A stretch of DNA of 64,000 nt, from positions 64,684 through 128,683 of the forward strand of contig JBAYHD010000002.1 in assembly GCA_041666305.1 (NCBI GenBank), in the 5' to 3' direction. The position numbers and the translations under genes are program-made. Source of the DNA: Minisyncoccota bacterium (lineage in GTDB: Bacteria; Patescibacteriota; Minisyncoccia; Phycocordibacterales; Phycocordibacteraceae). Numbering within the stretch: position 1 is the first letter of the stretch; every line of letters starts with the position of its first letter. A model generated the notes under the pieces. The model saw only the letters and a list, made by a program, of their open reading frames with translations. It was not told the origin of the DNA and searched no databases. Shown piece by piece: positions 1 to 11,189 of this stretch.

Positions 1-136
1 TGCACACGAGCAACGGGCGGTCATCCGGTTCCGGCATAGTGCGCGCTCCTTCGTGCACCACCTGCACGAGCTGTTCCGTTGTTTTATGGATGGGCGGTAC
101 GTGAGGGGATGTGTCGCGCGTCAGATCCTCATTCAT
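1..136 (-). CDS. Hypothetical protein, N-terminal part (runs off the window start)
   Basis: Open frame MNEDLTRDTSPHVPPIHKTTEQLV... from ATG 136, preceded by TATCAT-6nt, the same -10/start pattern seen at other genes. Confidence 0.45.
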   Translation of the reverse strand, partial: MNEDLTRDTSPHVPPIHKTTEQLVQVVHEGARTMPEPDDRPLLVC

Positions 137-158
137 AACTCAATGATATCAGAAAATA

Positions 159-509
159 TTATTTACAATTCGCTGCCGGGGCATAACCTGCAGCAACTGC
201 TGCTTCAGCTGAAGCGAACCACACTTTATTTGTGGGAGATATGCGATCCGCTCCTGCACACCCCGTCGGATAATATTTTGTTCCGTTCATTGAGGCAACA
301 AATTGTCCTGATTTTGATGGTGTCGCGTCTGCCGAAACCGGCAATGCCTCAAACCCCTCAACAGACACCTGGTGGGCATCCAGACCGGCAAAATATCCCA
401 ATCCAAAACTTGCTGACGAAGCGAGTACGAGAATCCCTATAATGAGCATATCAGGGGGTATTCCGGTCAGGAATCCTTTGCATTTTCCCCGCACTTCTGC
501 TATAGTCAT
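159..509 (-). CDS. Membrane-anchored protein with a C-terminal Ada metal-binding-like domain
   Basis: TM helix then FVASxxGTKYYPxGCxxAxRIxxxNKVWFxSAEAAxAAGYxPAxNC. Confidence 0.75.
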   Translation of the reverse strand: MTIAEVRGKCKGFLTGIPPDMLIIGILVLASSASFGLGYFAGLDAHQVSVEGFEALPVSADATPSKSGQFVASMNGTKYYPTGCAGADRISPTNKVWFASAEAAVAAGYAPAANCK

Positions 510-602
510 TAAATAATAGTAACAAAATACAGGCGTTAGGCTTTAGCACAAACATAATTATTGCTACTTCCTAGCGCCTAGAGCCTAATAAGCTAGTTAG
601 AT

Positions 603-875
603 ATGGCATCAACGAAAGCAGGCGGATCAGCGAAAAACCTCAATACTTCAAACCCGAAATACCTCGGCGTGAAGCTTGCTGACGGTGCCGCCGCCCGCCC
701 GGGCATGGTCATCGTCCGCCAGCGCGGCACAAAAGTAGAGGCCGGTAAAAATGTGCGCGTGGGCCGTGATCACACTCTTTTCTCCGTTGCGACCGGTACC
801 GTTTCTTACCGCACGCGCCGCAAGACGAACTTCACCGGCAAAATCATTTCCAAGAAAGTGGCCGACGTCGTCTAA
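603..875 (+). CDS. rpmA: 50S ribosomal protein L27
   Basis: MASTKAGGS...YLGVK...IVRQRGTK...GKNVxVGRDHTLF. Confidence 0.97.
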   Translation: MASTKAGGSAKNLNTSNPKYLGVKLADGAAARPGMVIVRQRGTKVEAGKNVRVGRDHTLFSVATGTVSYRTRRKTNFTGKIISKKVADVV

Positions 876-887
876 CTTCCCTTTCGT

Positions 888-928
888 ACAAAAAATCGCG
901 ACACCTTTTCAGTGTCGCGATTTTTTGT
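888..928. terminator. Bidirectional intrinsic terminator between rpmA and rplI
   Basis: acaaaaaatcgcgacac-loop-gtgtcgcgattttttgt between convergent genes. Confidence 0.8.
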
Positions 929-933
929 TCAGA

Positions 934-1377
934 TCATTCAGCCTCGATGATGATGGAAAACTTTCCGAACGTTTCGCCCGCAGAGACCGGGATATCAAAT
1001 GTGCCGAGCTCCTTGAACGGCTTTTCGAGCTTGATGACGCCTTCCGGCAAGTCGATATGCCCTTGTTCTTTCGCAGCCGAAATGATCTCCGGCTCCCCTA
1101 CCGCATCATACAAATGCCCTTTCTCATTTGCCTTTACGCGTATGACGATGCGCGCATCTGCGAGAGACGCGATGTTTTGCGCGAGGAGCGTGGCGTCGAG
1201 TGCGGAACGGTCCGTTACCTGCTTGCGGCGCGTTTCGGCCTCTTTCTTCGCGACGGTCGTTGCGGCTATGGCGAGCTTCTTCGGGATAAGGAAATTCAGC
1301 GCGTAGCCGTCCGAAGCCTCTATTTCCTCATGAGCACGCCCCACGTCCTTCACGTCTCTGATCAATATAACTTTCAT
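934..1377 (-). CDS. rplI: 50S ribosomal protein L9
   Basis: MKVILIRDVKDVG...DGYALNFLIPKKLA; C-domain GHLYDAV, KPFKELGTF. Confidence 0.96.
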   Translation of the reverse strand: MKVILIRDVKDVGRAHEEIEASDGYALNFLIPKKLAIAATTVAKKEAETRRKQVTDRSALDATLLAQNIASLADARIVIRVKANEKGHLYDAVGEPEIISAAKEQGHIDLPEGVIKLEKPFKELGTFDIPVSAGETFGKFSIIIEAE

Positions 1378-1410
1378 ATCGCATCAGCTTACTGTATCTC
1401 CTCTCATTAA

Positions 1411-4035
1411 TCAACGTTGTCCTATTGTCGCGTGTCTCCGATGGAACATCCATTTCCCGAACTCGACAGCGACGATATTGAACAGACCGACCGCCGCAAC
1501 ACCGAGGAGCCAGATGGACGGCAACGCCACGGTGTCAAATAGGGATTGAAGGAATGGAACATATATCGCCGCGCCCATAAGAATAACGCCCATGCCTACG
1601 CCGATGACCAGATACGGGTTCGAAAAGAGAGGGTAAGACAGAATGCTTTTCTCCAGACTTCTGAGCGAGAAAGAGAGAAAGAGCGTATACGTCCCGAAGC
1701 TAGCGAAGACAAATGTTCTGACGATGTCTTCTGCGAAGCCGGCTTGCAGAAGCCCCCAGTACAGTATGAACAGCAGTGCGCTTGTCGAGAGACCAATGAA
1801 CAACACGAGAAATTTCATCAATGGATTGAAGAGACCAGCACTCCTATCGCGCGAATGCTGGGACAATCCATCGATATTCTTTTCAAAAGCGAACGCGACT
1901 GCGGGGAAACTGTCTGAGAAGAAATTAACCCATAGGATCTGAAGTGCGTTCAGTGGGAGCACCAAGCCGGTAGCAAGCGCTCCCCCGATCAAAATCAGTT
2001 CATCCGCGACGGACGAGAGAAGATAGACTACCACCTTTCGGATATTGTGCATGATCTGCCGGCCTTCTTCTACTGCGGCGACGATCGTCTCGAAATTGTC
2101 ATCGAGTAACACCAGGTCAGCAACATCGCGAGCCACCTCGGTACCCGACCCCATAGCGATGCCGACATCGGCCTGCTTGATGCTCGGAGCATCGTTCACG
2201 CCGTCGCCGGTCATAGCGACTACTTCTCCCATGCTTTGTAGCACCTGCACGATCCTCATCTTATCGAGCGGTGATATCCGAGACACCACGCGCAGTGTCG
2301 GCAGGCGCTTTTTCAAATCATCGTCCGACAGCGTGCGAAGCTCTCGCGCGTCGAGTGCATTGTCAGCATCGATATGCATGCCTACTTCTCTGGCGATCGC
2401 CTCTGCCGTACCGCGATGATCGCCGGTCAGGATCATCGTCCGTATCCCTGCTTGTGCCACCCGGAGTATCGCTTCTCTGGCGCCAGGCCGGACCGGGTCA
2501 TGGAGCGTCAACAGACCTTCGAAACAAAGCTGGGAGAGCTTCAGGTCCGTAGAAAAGGAGAAGTCCTCTCCCGACTCGACCTCTTTCGTCGCGATGCCCA
2601 TCACCAACTCGCCCGACCGAGCCAGGGCGTCTATTTGTCCCAGTGTCTCCTTTTGTCGTATGGGAGAAAGTGTCGAATGCGCGACGAGGATATCAGGCGC
2701 GCCAAAAAATAGCAGCTCATGCTTCCCGCGACTGCGCACAAGCGACACAGAGAATTTATTGACGGCATTGAACGGCATGGAATTCAGCACTGCTCTGTCT
2801 CGAACGGCAGTATCAACCGTGACGCCGCGGAGCGCTGCGGAGCGCACGAGCGCCATTTCCAACACTCGACCGTTCATGCGCCACTCGAGCGGCTGGTCAT
2901 GAGGGTTTTCTACCAGCACGTTCGTATTCAGGAGCGCCAATTCGAGCAGGCTTTCTTCTCCCCTCTCGCCGGCCGGTAAGATCTTGCTAAGGGTCATCTT
3001 CGCTTGCGTGAGCGTCCCGGTTTTGTCGGTCAGGATCACCGTTGTACTTCCGAGCGCTTCAGCGGCGACCAGTTTCCTCACCACCCCCTTACGGCGGGTC
3101 ATGCGCTGTACGCCGATCGCCAGAATAACCGTCATGGCCACCGGCAGGCCCTCCGGAACCGCCGCGACGGCAATCGCTACCGAGGTGAGGAACATTTCCG
3201 CATACGAGTATCCGAGGGCAATGCCGGCGCCGAAGATGCCCAGCGTCAAGATGCCCAGGAACATTCCGAGTTGTACGCTGAACACCTTTATCTTTTTTTG
3301 CAGTGGTGTTTCTTCTCGATGAGAATCAGCGACTAATGCCGCTATCTTCCCGAGTTCCGTAGAAAACCCCGTCCGGCACACTATCGCCGTGCCGATGCCC
3401 TGAGTGATCAACGTCCCGGCAAATACCATCGAACGCTGATCGCCAAGAGCCGCCGTTCCAGCCGACGGCTCGACAGACTTCGACACCGGCAGAGATTCGC
3501 CCGTAAGAATCGCTTCATCGACCTGAAAATCGTTGATGAATACGAGTCGCGCGTCCGCCGGGACTCGATCGCCCTGCATGAGACGCAGGCAGTCCCCCGG
3601 CACGATGTGTGCGGCATCAATCTCGCGCTCGACACCGTTACGGACCGCCCGAGAACGCTGTTTAAGATAGGTTTTCAGTTCTGCAAGAGCTCTTTCCGCC
3701 TTGTATTCTTGATAGAAACCCAAAGTAATGTTGACAAGGACAGCGGCAAAAATAAACAGCGCATCGCGATAATGGCCGATATAAGACATCACGCCGCCCG
3801 CGAAGAACAGGATTACGATAAGAGGACTTTTACATTGGCCGTATAAAATAGAGAGTCCTGACGATTGCTGAATTCTCTCAATCACATTGAGACCATATTC
3901 CTTCAGTCGCCTCCCTGCTTCTTCTTCTGAAATTCCACGCTCGATATCGGTGTGCAGTTCGGCGGCAATCTTCGGTATGGAATATGACCAGAACGGACGC
4001 TCTCTTGATCCGAAGGATGTGCGCCCGAGCGTCAT
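1411..4035 (-). CDS. P-type cation-transporting ATPase (type II, Ca2+-like)
   Basis: TGES, PEGLP, DKTGTLT, GDGVNDAP motifs; start placed at ATG 4035, overlapping the upstream stop (ATGA). Confidence 0.93.
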   Translation of the reverse strand: MTLGRTSFGSRERPFWSYSIPKIAAELHTDIERGISEEEAGRRLKEYGLNVIERIQQSSGLSILYGQCKSPLIVILFFAGGVMSYIGHYRDALFIFAAVLVNITLGFYQEYKAERALAELKTYLKQRSRAVRNGVEREIDAAHIVPGDCLRLMQGDRVPADARLVFINDFQVDEAILTGESLPVSKSVEPSAGTAALGDQRSMVFAGTLITQGIGTAIVCRTGFSTELGKIAALVADSHREETPLQKKIKVFSVQLGMFLGILTLGIFGAGIALGYSYAEMFLTSVAIAVAAVPEGLPVAMTVILAIGVQRMTRRKGVVRKLVAAEALGSTTVILTDKTGTLTQAKMTLSKILPAGERGEESLLELALLNTNVLVENPHDQPLEWRMNGRVLEMALVRSAALRGVTVDTAVRDRAVLNSMPFNAVNKFSVSLVRSRGKHELLFFGAPDILVAHSTLSPIRQKETLGQIDALARSGELVMGIATKEVESGEDFSFSTDLKLSQLCFEGLLTLHDPVRPGAREAILRVAQAGIRTMILTGDHRGTAEAIAREVGMHIDADNALDARELRTLSDDDLKKRLPTLRVVSRISPLDKMRIVQVLQSMGEVVAMTGDGVNDAPSIKQADVGIAMGSGTEVARDVADLVLLDDNFETIVAAVEEGRQIMHNIRKVVVYLLSSVADELILIGGALATGLVLPLNALQILWVNFFSDSFPAVAFAFEKNIDGLSQHSRDRSAGLFNPLMKFLVLFIGLSTSALLFILYWGLLQAGFAEDIVRTFVFASFGTYTLFLSFSLRSLEKSILSYPLFSNPYLVIGVGMGVILMGAAIYVPFLQSLFDTVALPSIWLLGVAAVGLFNIVAVEFGKWMFHRRHATIGQR

Positions 4036-4595
4036 ACTGCTTGCGCGATAAGGCCGATCAACACAATGCCTGCGAAATTGAAGACAAAAGAAAGAGGGAT
4101 GAACCATGCCGTCTGTATCCTTGAAAAACCAAAGAGGCCGATTCCGAGCTCGTCAGGAAGTGGCGAAGCGATGATCAGACCTCCTACAAACAGCGATACC
4201 CAGCGGAACAGCCGCAGTTTGAAGAGCGCTCGGACTCTTTTACCTACGTGTCGATGCCCGAACAGTTCAAGTAAGTGTCCGGAAAATCTGTCCCGAATGA
4301 ACCGGAAGATGATCAGATCGCCCACGACTGCCCCTGCCGCTCCGAAGAGAGCCGCCGGCAATATCGCTTGCACGTGAGCAATCTCGCCGAATGCGGCTAT
4401 CGCGGGCGCTGTGGTGAAAATCGAGGTGAAGAACAGTCCTGCGATAAAGCTTCCGACAAACCCAAATCCTTCCGTCGACGCCAAAATCTCCACAACGATA
4501 CCTGTCCTGACCATGAATGCGGCGAACACGATACTCACGGCAATGATCAGTATGTCATGCAGAAGAAAACCATTCGTGCGGCTCGTGGCATTCAT
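4032..4595 (-). CDS. Integral membrane protein (DedA/VTT-like), coupled to the ATPase
   Basis: About 5 hydrophobic segments, GAVVGDLIIFRF, ASPLPDE. Confidence 0.7.
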   Translation of the reverse strand: MNATSRTNGFLLHDILIIAVSIVFAAFMVRTGIVVEILASTEGFGFVGSFIAGLFFTSIFTTAPAIAAFGEIAHVQAILPAALFGAAGAVVGDLIIFRFIRDRFSGHLLELFGHRHVGKRVRALFKLRLFRWVSLFVGGLIIASPLPDELGIGLFGFSRIQTAWFIPLSFVFNFAGIVLIGLIAQAV

Positions 4596-4626
4596 TCAGA
4601 AAAGTATACCAGCTTGCTGCACCGAT

Positions 4627-5883
4627 TCATTTCCCGGTCGTCAAAAATTGGATGGCACGTGCGGTTTGAGGATCTTTTTTGGCGGTAGCATCCGCTTGGG
4701 TGAACGGCACGCTGATGTCCGGAGAGACTCCGTTACCCATGATCCAATGGCCGGCGGGAGTTATCCAGCGTGCAACCGTGATCTTGAGTGAACCGCCGGC
4801 AAGATCCACAAGCGTCTGTACTGAGCCTTTCCCGAACGATTTCGTGCCGATCAGTGTCGCGGCGTGCGCGTCCTGCAAAGCGCCGGCGAAGATCTCGGAT
4901 GCGGAAGCGGAACCACCGTCAATGAGCACGACGATCTTCGTCCCCGCGGGTACGTCATTGTATCCAAAGCTTGTATGCACATTGTTCGGTTCCTTTTCGC
5001 CGAAGTCCTCAGTCACGATAGTCGCACCCTTCGGAAGAAAATGGCTTGCGATGTCTACTGCCGCATCCAGATACCCGCCCGGATTGCTGCGTAGGTCAAT
5101 AATAAGTTTCTTTGAGCCGGATGCTACAAATCGGTTGAACGCCTGATCAAAAAGACTCGCAGAATTGGAGGTGAATTCGTAGAGCGCGATGTGGTACACA
5201 CCGCTGTCCTTATCAATGCCGTCATCCGTCTCCGGCACCTGGATGGTCTGTCGCACAATAGAAATATCCTGCGCTTTGCCACCGCGTACGATAGTGACGA
5301 TAACGGTCGAGCCAATGGGGCCGCGTATCTCATTCACGGCTTTATCGGTTGAAATGCCATCGGTGGATTTGCCGTCGATGGCGGCGATCTGATCGCCCGC
5401 TTTGATGCCAGCAGCTTCGGCAGGCGTTCCCTTCAGCGGTGCAATGACCGTGAGGATATTATCCTTTATATCAATTTCCATGCCGACGCCGGCGAAGCTT
5501 CCTGAAATGGTGTCTGCAAACGCTTTTGCTTCTTCAGGTGGGAAAAAGACGGTGTACGGATCGCCATACGAGGACGCCAGTCCGGAAATAGCGCCCAAGA
5601 CCCGTTCCCTGCTTGTGGGAAGCGTCGACGAGGCGTGCGTAATGACATAATTAGTATTCAGCGCATTCCATGCTTTCCAGAAATCCGCCAAGTCCACGTT
5701 CTGATTCGGCGTTGCATCAAGACCGTCTCCAATGAGCGGGATGTGCGTGACGATGGCCGCGGTGGTCGTGCCGCTACCGGCGACCGCAAGACCCGCGCCG
5801 AAAGCGATCGCTGCGACGAGCGCGAACGATACGCCACGTGCCGCGATGCTTCGACCGCGGTGATATGCTTCTCGAGCATCCAT
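4627..5883 (-). CDS. ctpA: C-terminal processing peptidase, S41 family, with PDZ domain
   Basis: GDPYTVF, GVGMEI, DLRSNPGG, SASASEIFAGAL, GKGSVQ. Confidence 0.93.
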   Translation of the reverse strand: MDAREAYHRGRSIAARGVSFALVAAIAFGAGLAVAGSGTTTAAIVTHIPLIGDGLDATPNQNVDLADFWKAWNALNTNYVITHASSTLPTSRERVLGAISGLASSYGDPYTVFFPPEEAKAFADTISGSFAGVGMEIDIKDNILTVIAPLKGTPAEAAGIKAGDQIAAIDGKSTDGISTDKAVNEIRGPIGSTVIVTIVRGGKAQDISIVRQTIQVPETDDGIDKDSGVYHIALYEFTSNSASLFDQAFNRFVASGSKKLIIDLRSNPGGYLDAAVDIASHFLPKGATIVTEDFGEKEPNNVHTSFGYNDVPAGTKIVVLIDGGSASASEIFAGALQDAHAATLIGTKSFGKGSVQTLVDLAGGSLKITVARWITPAGHWIMGNGVSPDISVPFTQADATAKKDPQTARAIQFLTTGK

Positions 5884-5920
5884 TTCGTGGAGTGTAGCAC
5901 GGGTATGGTATCCTAGTCAT

Positions 5921-6838
5921 ATGATATTCCGGTACGAGTATCCAGGCGGTGTGTGGGTCGACCTTGAACAACCGAGCGCCGACGAAATACGGCGCGTTGC
6001 GCGGGAATTTTCCATCAATGAGCGGCTTGAGGCTGAACTCTTGTCCCCCACCCCGTCGCCACTTGTCGCCGGCGACGAAACTGTCGCGCTTCTCGTCCTT
6101 CATTTCCCCGTGCAGGAAGACGGTGGCGGGACGCCGAAGAGCCAGGAGATAGATTTCATCGTTGGCAATCGATTCATCGTGACCGTGCGCTATGAGGTCA
6201 TCGTGCCACTCCATCACTTGAAGAAACTTCTCGAGACGGAAAAAATCGTTTCCAATCACGATGGCATTTCCACCGACGTCTTACTCGAGATACTGTTCGC
6301 ACATCTCTACACGTCCGTGCGCGACCATACCGATCACGTAGCAGCGAATCTCGAACGAGTGGAACGGCAGATGTTCGACGGGCGCGAGCGCAACACGGTG
6401 CGGCTTATTTCCAACATCAGCCGAGAATTTCTGCATTTAGAAGCGGCGCTTGCGAATCAAGAGGAGTCACTTGGGCGTTTCCTACACGTTCTCGCTGAGC
6501 GCAGTCTCTTCGGCGCATCTTTTGTCGAACGTTCTATTCGCATTGAGGCAGAACGCGCACAAGTCGCGCACTTTATCAAGACACACCGCGCGATAGCGAG
6601 TGAGATGCGTGAGACCAATATTGCCCTTCTTGAGGCGCGTCAGAATGAGATTATGAAAACACTGACACTTATAACGGTCATCATACTACCTCTTGAACTC
6701 ATTGCCGTCACGCTCGGTATACACGCTCAAGGAGCGCCACTTGAAGAAAACCCTGATGCATTTCTCATCATCATGACCATCATGTTCAGTCTCGTCGTTC
6801 TTATGGTGCTTTTCTTCGCTAAAAAACGCTGGCTCTAG
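5921..6838 (+). CDS. corA: CorA-family Mg2+/Co2+ transporter
   Basis: WVDLEQP, EIDFIVG, QNEIMKTLT and two C-terminal TM helices; the GMN signature reads GIH. Confidence 0.85.
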   Translation: MIFRYEYPGGVWVDLEQPSADEIRRVAREFSINERLEAELLSPTPSPLVAGDETVALLVLHFPVQEDGGGTPKSQEIDFIVGNRFIVTVRYEVIVPLHHLKKLLETEKIVSNHDGISTDVLLEILFAHLYTSVRDHTDHVAANLERVERQMFDGRERNTVRLISNISREFLHLEAALANQEESLGRFLHVLAERSLFGASFVERSIRIEAERAQVAHFIKTHRAIASEMRETNIALLEARQNEIMKTLTLITVIILPLELIAVTLGIHAQGAPLEENPDAFLIIMTIMFSLVVLMVLFFAKKRWL

Positions 6839-6844
6839 TCTATG

Positions 6845-6981
6845 CCCGGTAGGACAACATGGCATCGTGTCTTTTACTCCAACTGCGATTTGCATGATAT
6901 ACAATGACAATGCACTATGAATTCAATGACTCAATTTGAAAGGCGTGACACAGAGAGTAATGCCATGTTGTCCTAACCGGG
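6845..6981. mobile_element. MITE/REPIN-like element copy 1 with terminal inverted repeats and TATG target-site duplication
   Basis: cccggtaggacaacatggcat ... atgccatgttgtcctaaccggg flanked by TATG (6841-44, 6982-85); homologous to 50308-50442. Confidence 0.8.
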
Positions 6982-6982
6982 T

Positions 6983-8443
<1,461 letters not shown>

Positions 8444-8457
8444 TACACTAGGCAGTA

Positions 8458-9813
8458 ATGGCCGCTGACCGAATTCCTCCCCAATCACTTGAGTCCGAAC
8501 GCGCCCTTCTGGGCGCACTTCTCCTCAAACCCGATGCTATCCACGATGTATCGGACCTTATTCATGCGGATTCTTTTTATGCAGAAAAGCATCGCCTCAT
8601 TTTCGGCGCAATGCGCGAACTTGCCGAGCGCGGTGAGCCGATTGACCAGCTTTCCCTTTCCGCGCGTTTGCAGGACCAGGGATTGCTGGAGCGCAGCGGC
8701 AGCAGAAGCTATCTCGCCGAGCTCGCAGGCTCCGCTCCGGCACCGGGCAATTTTCCTCATTATGCGGAACTTGTCTCGCGCAAGTATCTGATGCGTTCAC
8801 TTATCGATGCTGCATACGGCATCACCGAGTCCGCGTATGACGATGCGAGAGAAACGATGGAAGTGCTTGATGAAGCTGAAAAAAGTATCTATGCGATCGG
8901 CAACGCTTCCGCAGCGCACAAATTTACCGCCATCGGCGATAAGGTTCACGAAGCATGGGAGCGCATTGAAGCACTCTCGCACAAAGAAGACGGTATCCGC
9001 GGAGTGCCGTCCGGCTTCCCTTCCCTCGATAATCTCCTTTCCGGTTTTCATCCTTCCGACCTCGTTATCATCGCTGCACGCCCTTCAATGGGAAAGACGT
9101 CGCTCGCGCTCGACATTGCACGCAATGCCGCCGTGCGCCACAACGTCCCCGTCGGCATCTTCTCGCTTGAAATGAGCTCGGAACAGCTCATTGACCGCAT
9201 GCTTGCGGCGGAATCATTCGTGAACTCGTGGAAGCTTCGCACTGGCCAAGTGCGCGACGAGGAAGATTTCGGCCGCATCCGCGATGCGCTCGAAGTGCTC
9301 TCAAAGGCGCCGATTTATATCGACGACAAGCCGGGCAACAACATTCTCGCCATGCGCGCGGTGGCGCGCCGCCTCAAGCGTGAGCGCGGCATCGGGCTCA
9401 TCGTGGTGGACTATCTCCAGCTTATGTCGCCGACTTCCACGAAAGCCTCCGATTCTCTCGTGCAACAAGTGACCGAAATATCGCGCTCCCTCAAATCGCT
9501 CGCGCGCGAACTTGAAGTACCGGTCATTGCGCTCTCTCAGCTTTCGCGCGCGGTTGAGCAGCGCGGCGGCAAGCCTCGATTGAGCGATTTACGCGACTCC
9601 GGTTCCATTGAACAGGATGCGGACGTGGTGATGTTCATCCACCGCGAGGACAAACGAAATCCCGAGAGCGACCGACCGAACATCGCCGAAATACTTATTG
9701 AGAAGCACCGCAACGGCCCGACCGGAAAAACCGAACTGTACTTCGACGAAAAGCGCGCCACCTTCCAGCCGATGGACACCGCGGGTTACGGCGAGCTCGC
9801 ACAGGAGTTCTAA
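8458..9813 (+). CDS. dnaB: Replicative DNA helicase
   Basis: AARPSMGKT, VDYLQL, SQLSR, DLRDSGSIEQDAD, KHRNGPTG. Confidence 0.98.
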   Translation: MAADRIPPQSLESERALLGALLLKPDAIHDVSDLIHADSFYAEKHRLIFGAMRELAERGEPIDQLSLSARLQDQGLLERSGSRSYLAELAGSAPAPGNFPHYAELVSRKYLMRSLIDAAYGITESAYDDARETMEVLDEAEKSIYAIGNASAAHKFTAIGDKVHEAWERIEALSHKEDGIRGVPSGFPSLDNLLSGFHPSDLVIIAARPSMGKTSLALDIARNAAVRHNVPVGIFSLEMSSEQLIDRMLAAESFVNSWKLRTGQVRDEEDFGRIRDALEVLSKAPIYIDDKPGNNILAMRAVARRLKRERGIGLIVVDYLQLMSPTSTKASDSLVQQVTEISRSLKSLARELEVPVIALSQLSRAVEQRGGKPRLSDLRDSGSIEQDADVVMFIHREDKRNPESDRPNIAEILIEKHRNGPTGKTELYFDEKRATFQPMDTAGYGELAQEF

Positions 9814-9819
9814 ATTTCA

Positions 9820-10440
9820 ATGGATCACATTGACGAACTTGCGACGGCACTTGCTCGACTCCCCGGCATTGGGCCGCGGCAGGCGAAACGCTTTGTTTAT
9901 TTCCTCCTCGCCACACCTGCTAGCGAGCGCACCAAACTAGCGGAGCTTATCGCGTCTCTCGGCAAAGAAGTGCGCCAATGCCCCGACTGTATGCGTTTTT
10001 ATAATGGCAGTACGGCAACGATATGCGGCTACTGTTCCGATACGAAGCGTGATGATGCGTTATTGATGCTGGTGGAAAAAGACCAGGACCTTGCGGCGGT
10101 AGAACGCGCGGGTACCTACAAAGGTCGATACTTCGTACTCGGCGGCGTGCTGATGCTTTCCGGCAAAGGCGCCATCCGAGAAAAAGAATTAGTGCACACC
10201 ATTGAAAAGCGCCTTTCTGATGGACACTCCGTGTCCATCAAATTGCGCGAGGTGGTTTTGGCACTCTCCGCAACGAGTGAGGGCGAACACACGGCAGACC
10301 GCGTGCGCGAACTTCTCGCACCCTTTCGCGACCTTTTGAAGACCTCAGAACTCGGCCGCGGCCTTGCGACCGGAAGCGAGCTCGAATATTCCGACGCCGA
10401 AACGCTCCGCGCCGCGCTCACCAACCGCAAAGAGGCATAG
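9820..10440 (+). CDS. recR: Recombination mediator RecR
   Basis: LPGIGPRQAKR HhH, CxxC...CxxC, Toprim (YFVLGG, EGEHTA), ELEYSD. Confidence 0.95.
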   Translation: MDHIDELATALARLPGIGPRQAKRFVYFLLATPASERTKLAELIASLGKEVRQCPDCMRFYNGSTATICGYCSDTKRDDALLMLVEKDQDLAAVERAGTYKGRYFVLGGVLMLSGKGAIREKELVHTIEKRLSDGHSVSIKLREVVLALSATSEGEHTADRVRELLAPFRDLLKTSELGRGLATGSELEYSDAETLRAALTNRKEA

Positions 10441-10454
10441 GCACGAAACAGAAA

Positions 10455-10497
10455 AGCCTCACACGAAGGGGCCGTGTAGGCTTTCCCGTGTGAGGCT
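10455..10497. terminator. Inverted repeat between convergent recR and the nucleotidase gene
   Basis: agcctcacacg...cgtgtgaggct. Confidence 0.5.
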
Positions 10498-10502
10498 GAG
10501 TC

Positions 10503-11087
10503 TCAGATGCTTCTGACAACTTCGAGAATGTCGTTCCATGAATGCACCCTGTGCATGTTTTGCTGACAGAGCACACTATTGTAATTCCATGGAGCATCAA
10601 AGAGCAGGGCCTTACTCACAACCGGCGCGACATTTTCGACATAATGAATAGCATCGTCGACAAACACTTGCACGCCGAGATGGTGACACAGTTGCCTTTT
10701 CGTCATGCTCCCATCTCGATGAGCATCACTTCGCGCAAAACAGATAGAGTCCACAAGCGATGGAAAGTATTTCATAAGGCATGCCCGTGTCTGAGGTTTC
10801 GTGTTACTTGGCCGAGAGGTGATCACAACAACCTCTGCCCTGCTTTGAAGCTCGCGAACTGCCTCAACGGCACCGAGAATAGGAGCAAGCATCTCGTGCT
10901 CGGGCGAAACAAAGAATTCATCAATTCTCTTCGTCATCTCCCTACGGGAACAACTCCATAACATATCAAGACTGTAGGTGTGGACATCATCTCTCGTAAG
11001 TGCCGTGCCATACCGACGGTTATGGAATAGCTGCACCGCGGATTGACAATCCACGAGTACGTCGTCAAAATCAAGGCCAATAATCAT
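10503..11087 (-). CDS. HAD-superfamily 5'(3')-deoxyribonucleotidase-like protein (NT5C family)
   Basis: IGLDFDDVL, VITSR, FVDD, LFDAPWN, RVHSW; SD aggagg before ATG 11087. Confidence 0.85.
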   Translation of the reverse strand: MIIGLDFDDVLVDCQSAVQLFHNRRYGTALTRDDVHTYSLDMLWSCSRREMTKRIDEFFVSPEHEMLAPILGAVEAVRELQSRAEVVVITSRPSNTKPQTRACLMKYFPSLVDSICFARSDAHRDGSMTKRQLCHHLGVQVFVDDAIHYVENVAPVVSKALLFDAPWNYNSVLCQQNMHRVHSWNDILEVVRSI

Positions 11088-11149
11088 GTCAATCCTCCTG
11101 GTGGGTTCAAGTCTGCCGCGACTATACCACGGGTGATTATTCACTCCCA

Positions 11150-11174
11150 ATGAAAGGTTTACGAAACCTTTCAT
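11150..11174. repeat. REP palindrome upstream of the RAYT gene
   Basis: atgaaaggttt-acg-aaacctttcat; reverse-orientation copies at 11337 and 11875. Confidence 0.85.
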
Positions 11175-11189
11175 GTATACTGGTTGTTG

